Part shown: piece after piece, positions 1 through 14,604 of the stretch | Layout: each line of letters starts with the position of its first letter | How positions within the stretch are numbered: the first letter of the stretch is position 1 | Assembly (NCBI GenBank): GCA_951406725.2 | Contig: OX597824.1 | Span: forward strand, 17,236,001-17,300,000 | Origin: Octopus vulgaris | Taxonomy: Eukaryota | Direction of reading: 5' to 3' | DNA: 64,000 nt | Notes under the pieces: model-generated | Told to the model about the DNA's origin: nothing | Databases searched by the model: none | Seen by the model: only the letters and a program-made list of their open reading frames with translations | Made by a program: the position numbers and the translations under genes

Positions 1-489
1 AATACTATCCGAATCTGCCACGTTGAAATTTGCTAGCGTCCTCAATTGCTTAGCACCAAAACACAGACACCGTCAGTGTGAGAAGTACTAATCCACAGTA
101 AAATATTCGGAAGTGAATATTTATAAGTTATTAATATTTCTATTATTATCAAAAGCAATATAGATAGTTGATAATAACAGAAACATAAATATGAAAGTGT
201 TTACCCGCTAGAAATAAGAGTGAAAACCCTTATTTGGATAGTATTTCAAAAGGTTAAGATGCGCTGAGGAACGTAAGATGTCTATATCAAACCTGGAACC
301 GGTTCACATATATACTTGTACCATTAAATATAGGGCTTTACGCTATATTGGTATATGAGAGATATTTTTTCAATCTGCTAGTATAGTTTTGAATCTGTTG
401 TTTTCAGTGATAATATTCTGGTGGTTTAAATAAGGAATTTGACTCATATTTCTAGCTGGAAGACACTTTAATGTATCCTTATGATTAAT

Positions 490-702
490 ATATATATATA
501 TATATTTGTACCCTCCACCATCGCTTGACAAACGATGTTGGTGTGTTTACGTTCCCCGAAACAAAAACAGTTCGGCAAAAGTGACCGATAGAATGAGTAC
601 TAGGCTTACAAAGAATAAGTCCTGGGGTCGTTTTGTTCGACTAAAGGTGGTGCTCCAGCATGGCCACAATCAAATGACTGAAGCAAGTAAGACGAGAAAA
701 GA
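490..702 (+). mobile_element. SINE family A, 3' half (after internal microsatellite)
   Basis: ccaccatcgcttgac...gaataagtcctggggtcg...ggtggtgctccagcatggccac...tgactgaa matches the 3' half of the full copies at 5653 and 56165. Confidence 0.85.
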
Positions 703-729
703 ATATATTATCTTTGATATTTTGAATGG

Positions 730-1408
730 ATGAGAGTATATTGTACCGACACCATTGCTCCACTGCTTGTTTTTTTTTTATGGACCCTTAAAAGACGAAA
801 GGAAAACTCACCCCGGCAGGATTTGATCTTAGAACATAAAGATTCTGAGTTCTGCCTCCTAACCACCTGAATACTACTAGTATTTATATTTGTTTCTGTA
901 TTGCCCAAAAGGTGCTGAACATAGAGAGGACAAATAAAGGGATTAAGTCGATTTCATCAACCCTAATGCGTAACTGGTACTTATTTAATCGGCCCCGAAA
1001 AATGAAAGGTGGAATTTGCACTCTTAACGTAACGGCAGACAAAATACCTATTTCTTTACTACCCACAAGGGGCTAAACACTGAGGGGACAAAGAATGACA
1101 GACAATTACATCGACCCCAGTGCGTAACTGGTACTTAATTTATCGATCCCGAAAGGATGAAAGGCAAAGAGCTCGCCGCCTTGCTTTTATATTCTTTTGT
1201 ACTCTAGGCACAAGGCCCGAAATTTCGGGGGACGAGATCAGTCGATTAAATCGCTCTCAGTAGGCAACTGGTACTTAATTTATCGAACCAGAAATGTTGA
1301 AAGGCAAAGTCGTCCTCGGCGGAATTTGAACTCAGAACATAAAGACAGATGAAATACCGCTGAGCATTTCGCTCGGCGTGCTAACGATTCTGCCAGCTCG
1401 CCGCCTTG
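730..1408 (-). mobile_element. Cluster of 3-4 family C SINE copies (tRNA head + MetaSINE-like central domain)
   Basis: Repeated ctggtacttaatttatcga...gaaaggatgaaaggcaaagtcg...cggcggaatttgaactcagaac. The reverse complement gives a B-box gttcaaattcc and a gcctttcatcctttcggggtcgataaattaagtaccag-type domain. Confidence 0.85.
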
Positions 1409-2305
1409 TATTCGTATTGATAGCGACAATTTATAGTGAAAACCATTGTATATTCATTTACTCGGACGTTTGACATTTCAGAAACAGTACCCAAACACCC
1501 CGAATGCACTTCCAAATTTAGAATGAGAAGATTAATCTACAATGAAGTCGCTGACATACAAAGTGACAGAATGGTCGTAAATAAAATGCTTCAGTTATTT
1601 CAATGTAGACTGGCTTGAACCTAAACATTTATGAAGTCAGTTGGTTTCAAGACATCATGGTTGCCACTGCAGCAGTGTGTTCTAATATCTCAGGATTTGG
1701 TTTTGTACATTTGGTACTGTAGAATGATCTGGTTGTGTGTTTGCACCCAGCATGTTGATTCGTTCGTTGGTTTGACTGGTTGAGCTGAAGAATATGAGGA
1801 AAGAAATGAATAAAAACATATACTGTTGAAGCGAGAAATGCTTGGAAGTATATTTGTCTTAATAATTTTTCTATTATGCCATCTATAAACATCTTAGATA
1901 AATATATAGTGAGTTCGCTTTTAAATACGGATGCAAGAACGCATTCAGACAAGAAGGCAGAAACAAACACTTTAATAGAGATATAGACACGTACAACCAG
2001 ATACGTAGAACTGCTGCGATATATATATATACATAAATGTGTGTTTTTGCGAGTGTATGTACTTGCGTGTGAGTGTGTACATACGTCTAGGGAAGGGCAC
2101 AAATGAGGGGGTTTGTTATTATAAAAATTATTACAGACCTTACAGCCATATGCACGTACACCCTTAACAATGTATATGCAGCCATGCTGAAGCACACGTA
2201 ATCTCGTACACAATTTAGTTGTGTGTACGCATACGTGTGTGAGTATACGTGTACGAGCGTGGGAAAGGCCTAAATGTGTTTAAATATATATACACATATA
2301 TATAC

Positions 2306-2370
<65 letters not shown>

Positions 2371-2647
2371 ACCCATAACTTACCCGTATATATTGATACA
2401 TTAAAAGAGTTTAAATGCCGTCTCATGCATTAATATTTTAAAGGAGTCAAAGAGGACAATTAATGTATATTTGTGTGCACATTATATATTATTTATGATA
2501 TTTATTTATATTAATATACATAAATATTTATACATGTATGCATATGCATTGCGGTATATTTATGCGTATGTTTGGCTGTGCATGCATATTATATATATGT
2601 GCGTGTTTATGTGGTGTATGTGTGTATGTATGTATTTACGTATATAT

Positions 2648-2710
<63 letters not shown>

Positions 2711-2852
2711 ATATATATGTGTGTACATGTGTGTATATATATATATACACACATATTTTATATCAGAATGATGGTTAAATATTCAGCGATGAGTGCGTTT
2801 TATTGTTCCTGGCAAAACGTAGACACACTGACACACGGAGACGCGCGCAGAA

Positions 2853-2904
<52 letters not shown>

Positions 2905-3140
2905 AAACACACACATATATGCTGAAATATAAAAGAAGAATGGGAACGTGAAAGAAAAAAAAAAAACAACGTAAATTCAAATAAACACGCAAAAAGACAA
3001 AAGAAATGGCAATAACTTAGATAATATAGGAATTCTTCGATCAATAATTCTGATAAATGAAGAACTGTCGTCAGAGGTGTACGTGTGCGTTTGCGTATGT
3101 ATGTGTGTGTGTGCGCATGTGTGAACGCGCACATACATAA

Positions 3141-3203
<63 letters not shown>

Positions 3204-3296
3204 TATATGCATATATATATACATATTCATATATATATACATGTATATATATATATATATACATTTATATATACATATATATATATTTATGTATAT

Positions 3297-3444
<148 letters not shown>

Positions 3445-3890
3445 GCATACATACATATATACATAAAAAACAATTATTATTCATATGCAATCTTCTTTCT
3501 ATAACAAATCAGTTAAAGAAAATACGAAAATAACATAGTATTAAAAACAAACCTATTGCCAGAAACATTAAGCTACTTAATGTTAACTGGAATGCAAGCT
3601 GGAAATGCTATGTAATATAATTGTTTTCGGGAAAAATATACCGATTCTCTGTTTTCTTGTAGACATTTTTGTTTCTATCCTTCACCATCTATTAACGACT
3701 CTCCCTCTATCCATGTCACTTCGTGTCTGCCTCTGTGTGTGCCTCTGCCGTAATATATTATTTCCCTTTACTATTCTGTATTGTTATGAATGCAGCAGTT
3801 GACATTGCATAATATAAATTATAATATATATAGATACATATATATATATATATATATAATACATTTATATGTATTTCTCTGTCGTTCCTG

Positions 3891-3929
<39 letters not shown>

Positions 3930-4225
3930 ATTATATAAATATATATATATGAACATACACACAGATACGCAGGTACGACGGAGACAGTACTCAACACACG
4001 CTATGGAGTATATTCTGATACAATGAAGAAGATGCGTCTTTTCCATCTGTCACTATCCAGGGTAGCTCCCTTGCTTGAGATTTCTGGGGCAAATATAGAT
4101 TAATGTCGATTGGAGCCTAAAATTTTGAAGCGAGGGTGTAGGTGTGTGCATCGGTAATTAAATCACCGTTGACATATATATTCAGTACTATTTACCTTGT
4201 TTGTGTAACGCAGACATGTGCGTGT

Positions 4226-4279
<54 letters not shown>

Positions 4280-4310
4280 CTACACAAATTCAGTTTAATC
4301 ATATTTATAC

Positions 4311-4547
4311 CCTTTTACTCTTTTACTTGTTTCAGTCATGTGACTGTGGCCATGCTGGGACACCGCCTTTAGTCTAAGAAATCGAGCCCAGGACTTATTC
4401 TTTGTGAACCTAGCACTTATTCTGTAGTTCTCTTATGCCGAACCGCTAAGTTACAGGGACGTAAACACACCAGCATCAGTTGTCAAGCGATGTTGGGGGA
4501 CAAACACAGACACACAAACATATACTCGTGCATACATACATATATGC

Positions 4548-4580
<33 letters not shown>

Positions 4581-4825
4581 TGTTATATATACATACATGC
4601 ATATATATATGTGTGTGTGTGTGTCTGTTATATATATATATATATGTCATATATATATATACGACGGGCTTCTTTCAGTTTCCGTCTACCAAGTGCACTC
4701 ACAAGGCTTTGGCCGGCCCGAGGCTATAGTAGAAGTCCCTTGCCCAAGTTGCGACGCAGTGGGACTGAACCCAGAACCATATGGTTGGTAGGCAATCTAC
4801 TTACCACACAGCCGCTCCTGCGCCT
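4311..4825 (-). mobile_element. SINE family A, full length with internal (TA/CA)n
   Basis: The reverse complement begins ggcgcaggagcggctgtgtggtaagtag (A-box-like), has gggttcagtccc (B-box-like) and ends in a tgaaacaagtaaaagagtaaaag tail. Confidence 0.92.
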
Positions 4826-4949
4826 ATGTGCAATTTTTGAGCATGTATGAGCATGCTAAATGTTTTGCTTCTTTATTTTTAGCATTAGTAACATTTTCTA
4901 CGCAGTTTCTTCGCCGTTCTTTGCTTCATCATAGGCAATACTTTAATAT

Positions 4950-5165
4950 TCTTTTCTAATCTAGGCCCAAGGCCCGAAATTTTTGAGGGACCGGGCCAGT
5001 CGATTAGATTGATCCCTGTACGCAACTGGTACTTAATTTATCAACCCTGAAAGGATGAAAGGCAAAGTCGACCTCGGCGGAATTTGAACTCAGAACATAA
5101 ATACAGAAGAAATGCTGCTAAGTATTACGCCCGGTGTGCTAACGTTTCTGCCAGCCCGCCGCCAT
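4950..5165 (-). mobile_element. SINE family C
   Basis: Same head (ggcgggctggcagaaacgttagcac) and central domain as 1195-1408. Confidence 0.88.
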
Positions 5166-5652
5166 GCAGTGCTTTGATATTCAACGCAATACTGAAACCA
5201 TTAAGGAAGTATATATCTAAACACTACATCCGGCTGGTATGAATGTTCACCATTCTACGGTACCTTTGTGGCATTTATATGGTACCTTGCTGCAGCTATA
5301 GGGACTGTGTCGTCGTGGTTTATACTGCAACATTTAATAAAATAAATCTGTTTCGCCCGGCAGAGATTTTCCATGGGACCACCTGTTAACAAATTTTCAC
5401 ATTTGTCTCTGTGAAACGCTCAATAGATAAATAATAGTGGACAAATAAATAAAGAACTGAATAAATAAACAAATGAATAAATAAATAAACAAATTAAATA
5501 AACAGCAGTGGTGCTCCAGCATGGCCGCGGCCCTCGGGCTAAAGCATTTTTAAGGATTTAAGGAAATACATAAATGCATAAATAAATAAGATGCTCATTT
5601 ATTGCAGGTAACATTCGCAAAAACAAGAAATAAATTTCAGAAGCTTTTTATA

Positions 5653-6048
5653 GGCGCAGGAGTGACTGTGTGGTAAGTAGCTTACTTACCAACCACATGG
5701 TTCCGGGTTCAGTCCCACTGCGTGGCACCTTCGGCAAGTGCCTTCTACTATAGCCTCGAGCCGACCAAAGCCTTGTGAGTGGATTTGGTAGATGGAAACT
5801 GAAAGAAACCCGTCGTGTATATATACGTGTGTGTGTGTGTGTGTGAGTATGTTTGTGTGTCTATGTTTGTCCCTCCACCATCGCTTGACAATTGATGTTG
5901 TCCCCGTAATGTAGCGGTTCGGCAAAAGAGACCAATGGAATGAGTACTAGGTTTACAAAGAATAAGTCCTGGGGTCGATTTGCTCGACTAGAGGCGGTGT
6001 TCCAGCATGGCCGAAGTCAAATGACTGAAACAAGTGAAAGAATAAAAA
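5653..6048 (+). mobile_element. SINE family A, full length
   Basis: ggcgcaggagtgactgtgtggtaag...ttccgggttcagtcccactgcgtggcacc...(GT)n...ccagcatggccgaagtcaaatgactgaaacaagtg; possible TSD agaagct. Confidence 0.93.
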
Positions 6049-7339
6049 AAGAAAAGAAGCTATTTCTTATGACCTGATGAAAATAAAACAAAAAGTAATT
6101 CATTTAACACTTTAAGGAATATAAATATGGTTTGTAGGACCACCTATAATATATAGGCGGACTAATATGTACTTCATTATTAGACGTTACGATTTTCCTT
6201 GAGTGGGATTTTGTCTACATACTAGCGCATCAAGCAACCATGTAAAGACATCCATTTACAAATACCGGTAGAATATGGGATTTCTACCGAGCTATTCATT
6301 TAAAGAGACTTGGATCACAGATATATTAGAATATGCTCTTGTTTGTGGTATTTATATGGTACCTGGTTGAAGCTGCGAGGACTGTGCCATCTAAAGAAAG
6401 GAGGATGCGAAAAATCTGTTGCGTTCGAGTTCCTTTGAGGTTCAAGATGAAGTCATATTTTATTTTACGCAACCCAGTTACCAATCCATAAAAAGTAGCT
6501 TCTGTAATCTGTCTCTAAGTTCGAAAGACTTAGTGCACATAAATATTTCATCTCCACGGCCCTACTTGTAGCTAGTCTTAAGACCTGCAGTAACGGCTAG
6601 TACAGTTTGTTTTAGAAGTCATACACAAACAGAAGCATCGGATATCAGACGTTTTCTTTCGCTTTCAAAACAAACGAGCTTACTTCAGCCTGTCATATCG
6701 CGTTTCAATAGACTTACAGACTTATATGTGTTGACAAAGCACTAAACTCTCAGCAAGGGATTAATTTTAGTATAAAGAGGCACTCAGCTTAGTAGATTTT
6801 ACATAGCTGTTGGTAGGTTTCACTGCGACTTACAATGCATATGTTTATGTATATTATCAGTAGTTGACGGAAACTCGGTTTCGCAACAAATGCAGACTTT
6901 GAAACCTTTCTAAGAGTATTAAAATTATTTAAATGTTTTTTTCATTTATTTTGGATATCTATTTTATCGTGTTGAAAAAACATGGGGAAGGCGTTAGTCC
7001 AAGAGGATTGCAGATTTACGGTGGAAGGTGGGGGATATTCGGTATATATTTTAGTTAAGGAACGGTGAGTTAGTTATACACAAAAGGTGAGCAACGGAAG
7101 TATATGCAACCAGTTTTTTACAGATGGTGAATGGCATCTGGAGATATTGCATAAGACAATGGTAGTTCCGACAGGTACTGCAACGGAAAGGGAAAATTGT
7201 GGTACCTATTTCTATCTAGATACCATAGCTGTAAATTCCCAAGTCACCTTGTTTTGGCTAGTAGACGTGTGTTATTGCGAGTTGCATTGCAATATGTGAA
7301 AAGCAAAACTGTTTCATCCTGTTCAGAAATGCATACCAA

Positions 7340-7590
7340 CATCATCATCATTATAGTTTAACGTCCGCTTTCCATGCTAGCACGGGTTGGACGGTTCGAC
7401 CGGGGTCTGGGAAGCCAGGAGGCTGCACCAGGCTCCAGTCTGATCTGGCAGAGTTTCTACAGCTAGATGCCCTTCCTAACGCCAACCACTCCGTGACTGT
7501 AGTGGGTGCTCTTTATGTGCCACCGGCACAGGTACCAGGGGAGGCTGGCAGCAGTCACGATCGGTTGGTGCTTTTTACGTGCCACCGGCA
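7340..7590 (-). mobile_element. 3' part of another SINE/LINE-tail repeat with (ATG)n tail
   Basis: The reverse complement has ggttggcgttaggaagggcatctagctgtagaaac...aacccgtgctagcatggaaagcggacgttaaac followed by (tga)n; this resembles RTE-type tails. Confidence 0.6.
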
Positions 7591-7917
7591 CACAACTTAT
7601 AAAATTTGTGTCTGAACTACCAATTGCCCCTTGTAGAAAGAGATTCTTTATTAACCAGTTAGTAGGCATTTCAGTGGATGAGGTCCAAATGTGTAGTTCT
7701 CAAACTGACAAATACCAACCAGCCAGACTAACAAGACATCTTTTGGGATTTGTTTTTCATTTTTACATCCTTGTCTCTGCGCATACTTATGAGAAGCTGA
7801 CGAAAGATTTTATCTAATTAAGTTTGCTTTCTTCAACCATCTCAATTTTATAATGCATCACACTTCTTCCACCTACTTTGCAATCATCACTTATTCTGGG
7901 AGGGTTGACTTTCGCAC

Positions 7918-8335
7918 TTATTTCTTTATTGACCAAAAGGAGTTAAACATAGAAAGGACAAGCAAGGACAGACAAAGGGATTAAGTCGATTACATCGACC
8001 CCAGTGCATAAGTGCTACTTAATTTATCGACCCGGAAAAGATGAAAGGCAAAGTCGACCACAGCGGAATTTGAACTCAGAACGTAACAGCAGACGAAATA
8101 CCTATTTCTTTACTGCCCACAAGGGGCTACACACAGAGGGGACAATCAAGGACAGACAAGCGGATTATGTCGATTATATCGACCCCAGTGCCTAACTGGT
8201 ACTTATTTAATCGACCATCCGAAAGGATGAAAGGCAGAGTTGACGTCGGCGGAATTTCAACTCAGAACGTAGCCGCAGATAAAATACCGCTAAGCATTTC
8301 GCCCGGCGTGCTAACGATTCTGCCAGCTCACCGCA
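7918..8335 (-). mobile_element. SINE family C, internally duplicated (dimeric)
   Basis: Two successive atcgaccccagtgc...gaaaggca...ggaattt...aactcagaacgta units with one head. Confidence 0.88.
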
Positions 8336-9084
8336 TTTGGAACCGACTGGCCAAGGTATTTATGTGTAATTAATAGGAGCAACACTATTGCTGATATGTG
8401 GACAGCAGTACTGTTACAATTAGGTATGTAAACGCTACAATTCACTTATAACCGGATACAACTGGGACAAATATTGTACTTTCCTTTGATAGGTAACCAC
8501 TAATAGGGTCTTACCTTCCACGTTTAGCTTTTAGGCAAGTGTAATTGATGCGGCTTTTTACACGAAGACTTTCCAACTAGAAGCATCTTCACTGATTTTC
8601 TTATATCGTATCATCGTTGTTAGAACTTCTTGAAATGGTGATTTAAAAGAAGTTTCACTGCTCTTTCTATAAAAATCCATCTCCCTATATTCTTATATCC
8701 ACAATCATTGGAACTTTCTTCATGCTTCAACACTTTTTGTTTGTCTTCTTTTCTGTATATATACCTGCATTTTCTATTTATATGTTCCTCCATTTTCTAT
8801 ATGACTTTATTCTTTAGCATTATACCCATTATATGACTCTATTCTTTAGCATTGACAGTATACATCCTATGATACCGTTTCATACTCACCACAGACTCCA
8901 CTTTTTTTTACATAAATTATACTCCTCTATTATCACAATTTCTAACACAAGTATACACAAATATTCCTTGTTTCGTATATAACTTACCCGCACGTGAATC
9001 ATATTTATCTGTACTCCTGAGTTTTTCCTCTGTATCACATAAACCCGTTATTTCTATCCACTTTATGTGCCCTTTCGTGTATCT

Positions 9085-9624
9085 ACTCTTTTACTCTTTT
9101 ACATGTTTCAGTCATTTGACTGCGGCCATGCTGTAGCACTGCCTTTAGTCGGGCAAATCGACCCCAGGACTTATTCTTCGTAAGCTTAGTACTTATTCTA
9201 TCGGTCTCTTTTGTCGAACCGCTAAGTTACAGGGTCGTAAACACACCAGTATCGGTTGTCAAGCGATGTTGGACACACACACACACACATATATATATAT
9301 ATGTGGTTAGAGCGACGAGCTTACGATCGTGAGGTTGTGAGCTCGAATCCCGGACCGGGCTGCGTGTTGTGTTCTCGAGCAAGGCACTTTATTTCACGTT
9401 GCTCCAGTTCACTCAGCTGTAGAAATGAGTTGCGTCGTCACTGGTGCCAAGCTGTATCGACCTTTGTCTTTCCCTTGGATAACACTGGTGGCGTGGAGAG
9501 GGGAGGCTGGTATGCATGGGCGACTGCTGGTCTTCCATAAACAACCTTGCCCGGACTTGTGTCTAGGAGGGTAACTTTCTAGGTGCAATCCCATGGTCAT
9601 TCATGACCGAAGGGGGTCTTAAAT

Positions 9625-9664
<40 letters not shown>

Positions 9665-9812
9665 TACGAAGGTCTTCTTTCAGTTTCGGTCTACCAAATC
9701 CACTCACAAGGCTTTGGTTGGTAGAAGACACTTGCCCAACGTTCCACGCAGTGGGACTGAACCCGGAACCATGTGGTTGGTAAGCAAGCTACTTACCACA
9801 CAGCCACTCCTA
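9085..9812 (-). mobile_element. SINE family A with a nested family B SINE in its internal (TA)n
   Basis: A tail at 9085-9275 and A head at 9665-9812; the B copy lies between them. Confidence 0.9.
9303..9620 (+). mobile_element. SINE family B (tRNA head, CORE-like domain, tail T1)
   Basis: gtggttagagcg...gagctcgaatcccggacc...gagcaaggcactttatttcacgttgctccagttcactcagctgtagaaatgagt...gaccgaagggggtc. Confidence 0.9.
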
Positions 9813-10054
9813 CACTTTATGTGCATTTTTCTTGTTTTTGCATATTATTTATATTTTTGTTCCTAACATAAAATCGTTACTTTTTTTTTGTTTTGCCCTT
9901 AATATGCCGTGCAATATGTTTTTATATGCAACACAATCTTATATTTTGTTAACAACATGAACTCCAGTATTTTCTACAAAAACTCAATTCTTGTCTTTAA
10001 TATGCCTTAAAACATATGGTAGGACACTTATACTAAGTCAATGTTAGTTACGCC

Positions 10055-10266
10055 CAGGGGCGAAGCTAGGGTGGTGCAAACAGGGCCCAAACCCTGGGCG
10101 CCACTTTGGAGGGGAGGGGGGTGCAATTTTGACCAAAATCATTTTCTAATTAATCCATTAAAAAAACAGTTATTTTTTTATGCGTGTTTTCGCTTTTTGG
10201 TTGGTTGGTTGGGGAGCGCAGTTTTGATGCTTGTCCTGGGCGACATGTACCCTAGCTACGCCCCTG
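10055..10266. mobile_element. hAT-like MITE
   Basis: TIRs caggggcgaagctagggt / accctagctacgcccctg; 8-bp TSD gttacgcc (10047-54) / ggtacgcc (10267-74). Confidence 0.85.
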
Positions 10267-11732
10267 GGTACGCCACATCATTGAGAGTTCTGTTGCTACT
10301 CTCATGTTGTTAAATTTAAAATAGGTCTAATTATTTACAGTAACAGATACCCTCTTTTCTAGCGCAATTTATCCGGATACCTGATACACTTCAGACAACC
10401 AGAGTCTTTAGAATCTACCTTAAGTGCTTTAAATGATATGGAAGGTGCTACGCTGTGAGGTCAATTTTGTGAGTTCGTAATTATCTAAAGATCTTATTCA
10501 TTCGCCCAAGCCATAGCCACCTAGGACTATTATTGTATTAAGAGAAATATTTCAAATATACCAATTACATGTGATGTTAATTGTCCTCAAATTACAGGCA
10601 TTTTTAGTCAGAGAAGCAAAACCCCAAAATGTCTATACTAATGCTAGACTCAGTTTCTAAGCGCAAAGTTGGTTTGATGACACAGTTTTGGCTTTATTCC
10701 TCTTCTACTTCCATACCAATTTCGACACCAAACATTTCATTGAAAGCACATTTCCAGAGTTTGTATAAATAACTACTACATATGGCGGTGTATCGGTACG
10801 GCCGTAGGAAAGGCATGGATGTCTGAAAGTACCATTTAGAATAATTTTGAAGAATATCAACCACAGTTTATATTGCTATTGTTGTCGTTACAGATATTAG
10901 TATTATTGTTGGTATTGGTATTTTCGTTGATGCTAGAGTTGGGAACGATGATGTTGATGATGGTGATGAGGAGGAGAGTGACGATGAGGAAGATGAAGCG
11001 GATGGGGATGATGACTATATTTTTATATATGTATTTGTTATTTCCCTTTGTCAGTACACACTTTTATGCTCCAGTATATACACCGCACTATCCTTTCTTT
11101 AACATCTCACTACGACAAAAACAAACACATAAATATACAAAACTTACAAATAAAATATATAACAAAATGAATTTAATGAAAAACACAAAAAAAATAATAA
11201 TAAAGCTAACATCATATAAAAGAAAAATGAAATTTAAAGGCAAAAATACAAACCAAATAGAAAAGAAAAAATGGAGGAAAAAGCGAGGCAATTTTAACGG
11301 TAAAAGTGGGTGCACTTTAAGACGTGGATTCCAGCAGCCTGCAGGTCTTACTGTTTAGAACAGCAGGAATCAATAGAATCTGCTCTGAGAAAGAATCTTA
11401 CATTTATTCAGGGGTTTGAGGGGAAAAAATTTTAAATATATAGGTGTGTGTGTGTGTGTGTTTGTATGTGCATAGGTGTATGTGTATGCGCGTGTCTGGA
11501 TGTGTGAATTAGGCGTGTGGGCGAAAGAACGGATGTGTGTCTATGTATCTGAGTACGACTGTGCGTAAATGTATATAAACATATGTGTATATAAACTGAA
11601 GAAAAAGAAGACAAAATCCTAAAGAACAAATATATATATATGCATACATACATATGTGTATGTATATGCATGTATATACATATATACATACAAATATATA
11701 TGAGTATATATATATACATATATCCCTGTATA

Positions 11733-11792
<60 letters not shown>

Positions 11793-11842
11793 CATATACA
11801 CACACAGATATATATACATATACATGTATATATACACACACG

Positions 11843-11931
<89 letters not shown>

Positions 11932-12270
11932 TGTGCGTACATGATAATGTGTGTGTGATTGCGTGTTAGTAGGTAAGGTGAAAGACATAATGTTTGAGTA
12001 GAGGTATGAGGAAATAATTGAAGGCATGCATTTATAAGGGAGCGTGCCGATGAGTAGGAGGCAATATGAGTGAGAGAGTGGGAGAGAAATAAATAGAGAG
12101 GATGAGGGGTGAGAGAGAGAGAGGGGAAAATGGTAAGACTGTGGGTCAGAGGATGTTTGGGACGGAGAGGGAGTAAACGTGAACGTTGGGGCGAGAATGA
12201 TTAAGACACAGAGATTGGTAATGAGGGGAGAGGGAGAGAGAGAGTATGTGTGCGGAATGTTGGACTTGGG

Positions 12271-12412
12271 TTCCAAGTTCAAATCCCGCCGAGGTCGACT
12301 TTGCCTTTTATCCTTTGCGGGTTGATAAATTAAGTACCAGTTGCGTACTGGGGACGATCTAATCCACTGGGTTCCTCCTCAAAATATTCGGGTTTTATGC
12401 CAAGAGTAGGAA
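12271..12412 (+). mobile_element. SINE family C, 5'-truncated
   Basis: Starts at the B box gttcaaatcccgccgaggtcgactttgcc; flanked by a ~17-bp TSD ggaatgttggacttggg / ggaatattggacttggg. Confidence 0.85.
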
Positions 12413-13126
12413 GGAATATTGGACTTGGGGAAAGTGTAAGAGACGAAATGATGTAATGATTAGAAAGGAGAGAGAGAGAAAGAGAGAGGGAGAGAGAGAG
12501 AGAGAGAAAGTGAGAGGAAGAAAGTTAAAGAGAAAGAGAGCGAAGAGAAGAGATTGTGTATGGCGATGGTGAGTGGTAGGGTGAGTGGTGTGTTTTAGTA
12601 TGTCTATATAGGAATAAGGATATATGTATGTATGTATGAATGTATATATGTATGTATATGGGTAGATATGCATTTATGTATTGTTGTATGTATGTATGTG
12701 TGCGTGTGTATGCAAGCAATTATGTATATATGTATGTATGTATGCATGTCAACGTGTAATTAAGCAGGGATGCATGTGTGATTGTATATATGAGTGTATA
12801 TATGTATGTATATGGGTAGGTATGCATTTATGTATGTATATATGTATGTGTAAATATATATATATATATATGTATGTATATGGGTAGGTATGCATTTATG
12901 TATGTAGGTATGTATGTGTGCGTGTGTATGTAAACATTTATGTGTATATGTATGTATGCATGTCAACGCGTATTTAAGCAGGGATGTACGTATGATATGA
13001 GTGTATCTATGAGTGTATATATGTATGTGTATCTGTAAGTATGCATTTATGTATATATGTATGTATGTGAATGTGTAAGTATGCATTATGTAAGTATGTG
13101 TATCTATAAGTATGCTTTTATGTATG

Positions 13127-13160
<34 letters not shown>

Positions 13161-13406
13161 TGTGCATGTGTAAGTAAGCATGTATGTGTGTATGCATGTA
13201 TGATGTATATATGTATGTGTATGGCTAGGTATGATATTATGTATGTATGTATGTATGTACGAATGACTGAGAGGCGAAGGGTGTATGTGCCTGTGAGCCT
13301 GACGTATGCTTGCGCCACAGTATGTGAATGCAGGCGTATGGGTTTTGTTACAGTGTGGAATGCGCTGCCGTGTGTGTGTGTGAGTGTGTGTACGTGTGTG
13401 TGTGTT

Positions 13407-13471
<65 letters not shown>

Positions 13472-13541
13472 TTGAGAGGCTCTCGGTGTGTTGCGAAAAT
13501 TGAGAGTTACTGAAACATATAAAGAAGATGAGAGGGAGAAA

Positions 13542-13590
<49 letters not shown>

Positions 13591-14051
13591 TGAGAGAGTG
13601 AGAGAGTGAGAGAGAGTGAGAGGGAAGGTGTGTGAAAGAGGGAAAGGGTGTGTTAATAGAGGAATAAAATCTTTGAAAGGGAAAGCAATGAAGAATGAGT
13701 CAGTGAAAGCCACACACACTTTATTGTACGTGTGTATATATATATATGTACATATGTGTATATATATATATGTACATATGTGTCTATATATATATATGTA
13801 CATATATGTATGTGTATATGTATGTATACACACACACACACACACAAATATATATATGTTCAAGCATGCATATATATATATATGAGTGTGCGTTTTGTGC
13901 TTGCGCGAGTGGATGTGAATGTGGAGTGTGTATGTGCGTGCATATATGCATATACATATGTACAACTCTGTCTGTCTGTCTGCCTGTCTATCAGTCTGTC
14001 TCTCTGTCTGTCTGTCTCTCTCTTTCTTTCTCTCTCTCTCTCTTTCTCTCT

Positions 14052-14099
<48 letters not shown>

Positions 14100-14161
14100 G
14101 TACAATTATATATATATATATAGACATACCACACACACTGAAAAACACTCATACACATATT

Positions 14162-14203
<42 letters not shown>

Positions 14204-14416
14204 TATACATATGCATATATATATATGTACATATTTATATGCATATTTACGTATATATAACTATGCTTATAGGTATATGCATTTATGAATATATATATAT
14301 ATATATATATATATGCATGTAAATATATAAATAATATATGATATATATATATATATTATATATGTAATATATATGTGATATATATATATTATTTATATAT
14401 TTACATGCATATATAA

Positions 14417-14449
<33 letters not shown>

Positions 14450-14507
14450 TGTATATTTATAAATACATATATCTATAAGTATATTTATGTATATATATGC
14501 GTAAATA

Positions 14508-14604
<97 letters not shown>

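Noticed and set aside
4480-4850. Recurrent ORFs such as [24 protein letters not shown] / RRASFSFRLPNPLTR
   Set aside because: These are antisense translations of SINE family A, not a protein family.
10873-11358. 161-aa ORF with hydrophobic N-terminus and Lys-rich C-terminus
   Set aside because: Explained by low-complexity (TTG/ATG)n and A-rich tracts; no splice or domain support.
11325-11375. gattcc...ggaatc hairpin as a possible pre-miRNA
   Set aside because: Only the outer 6 bp pair well, and I recognise no conserved miRNA in it.
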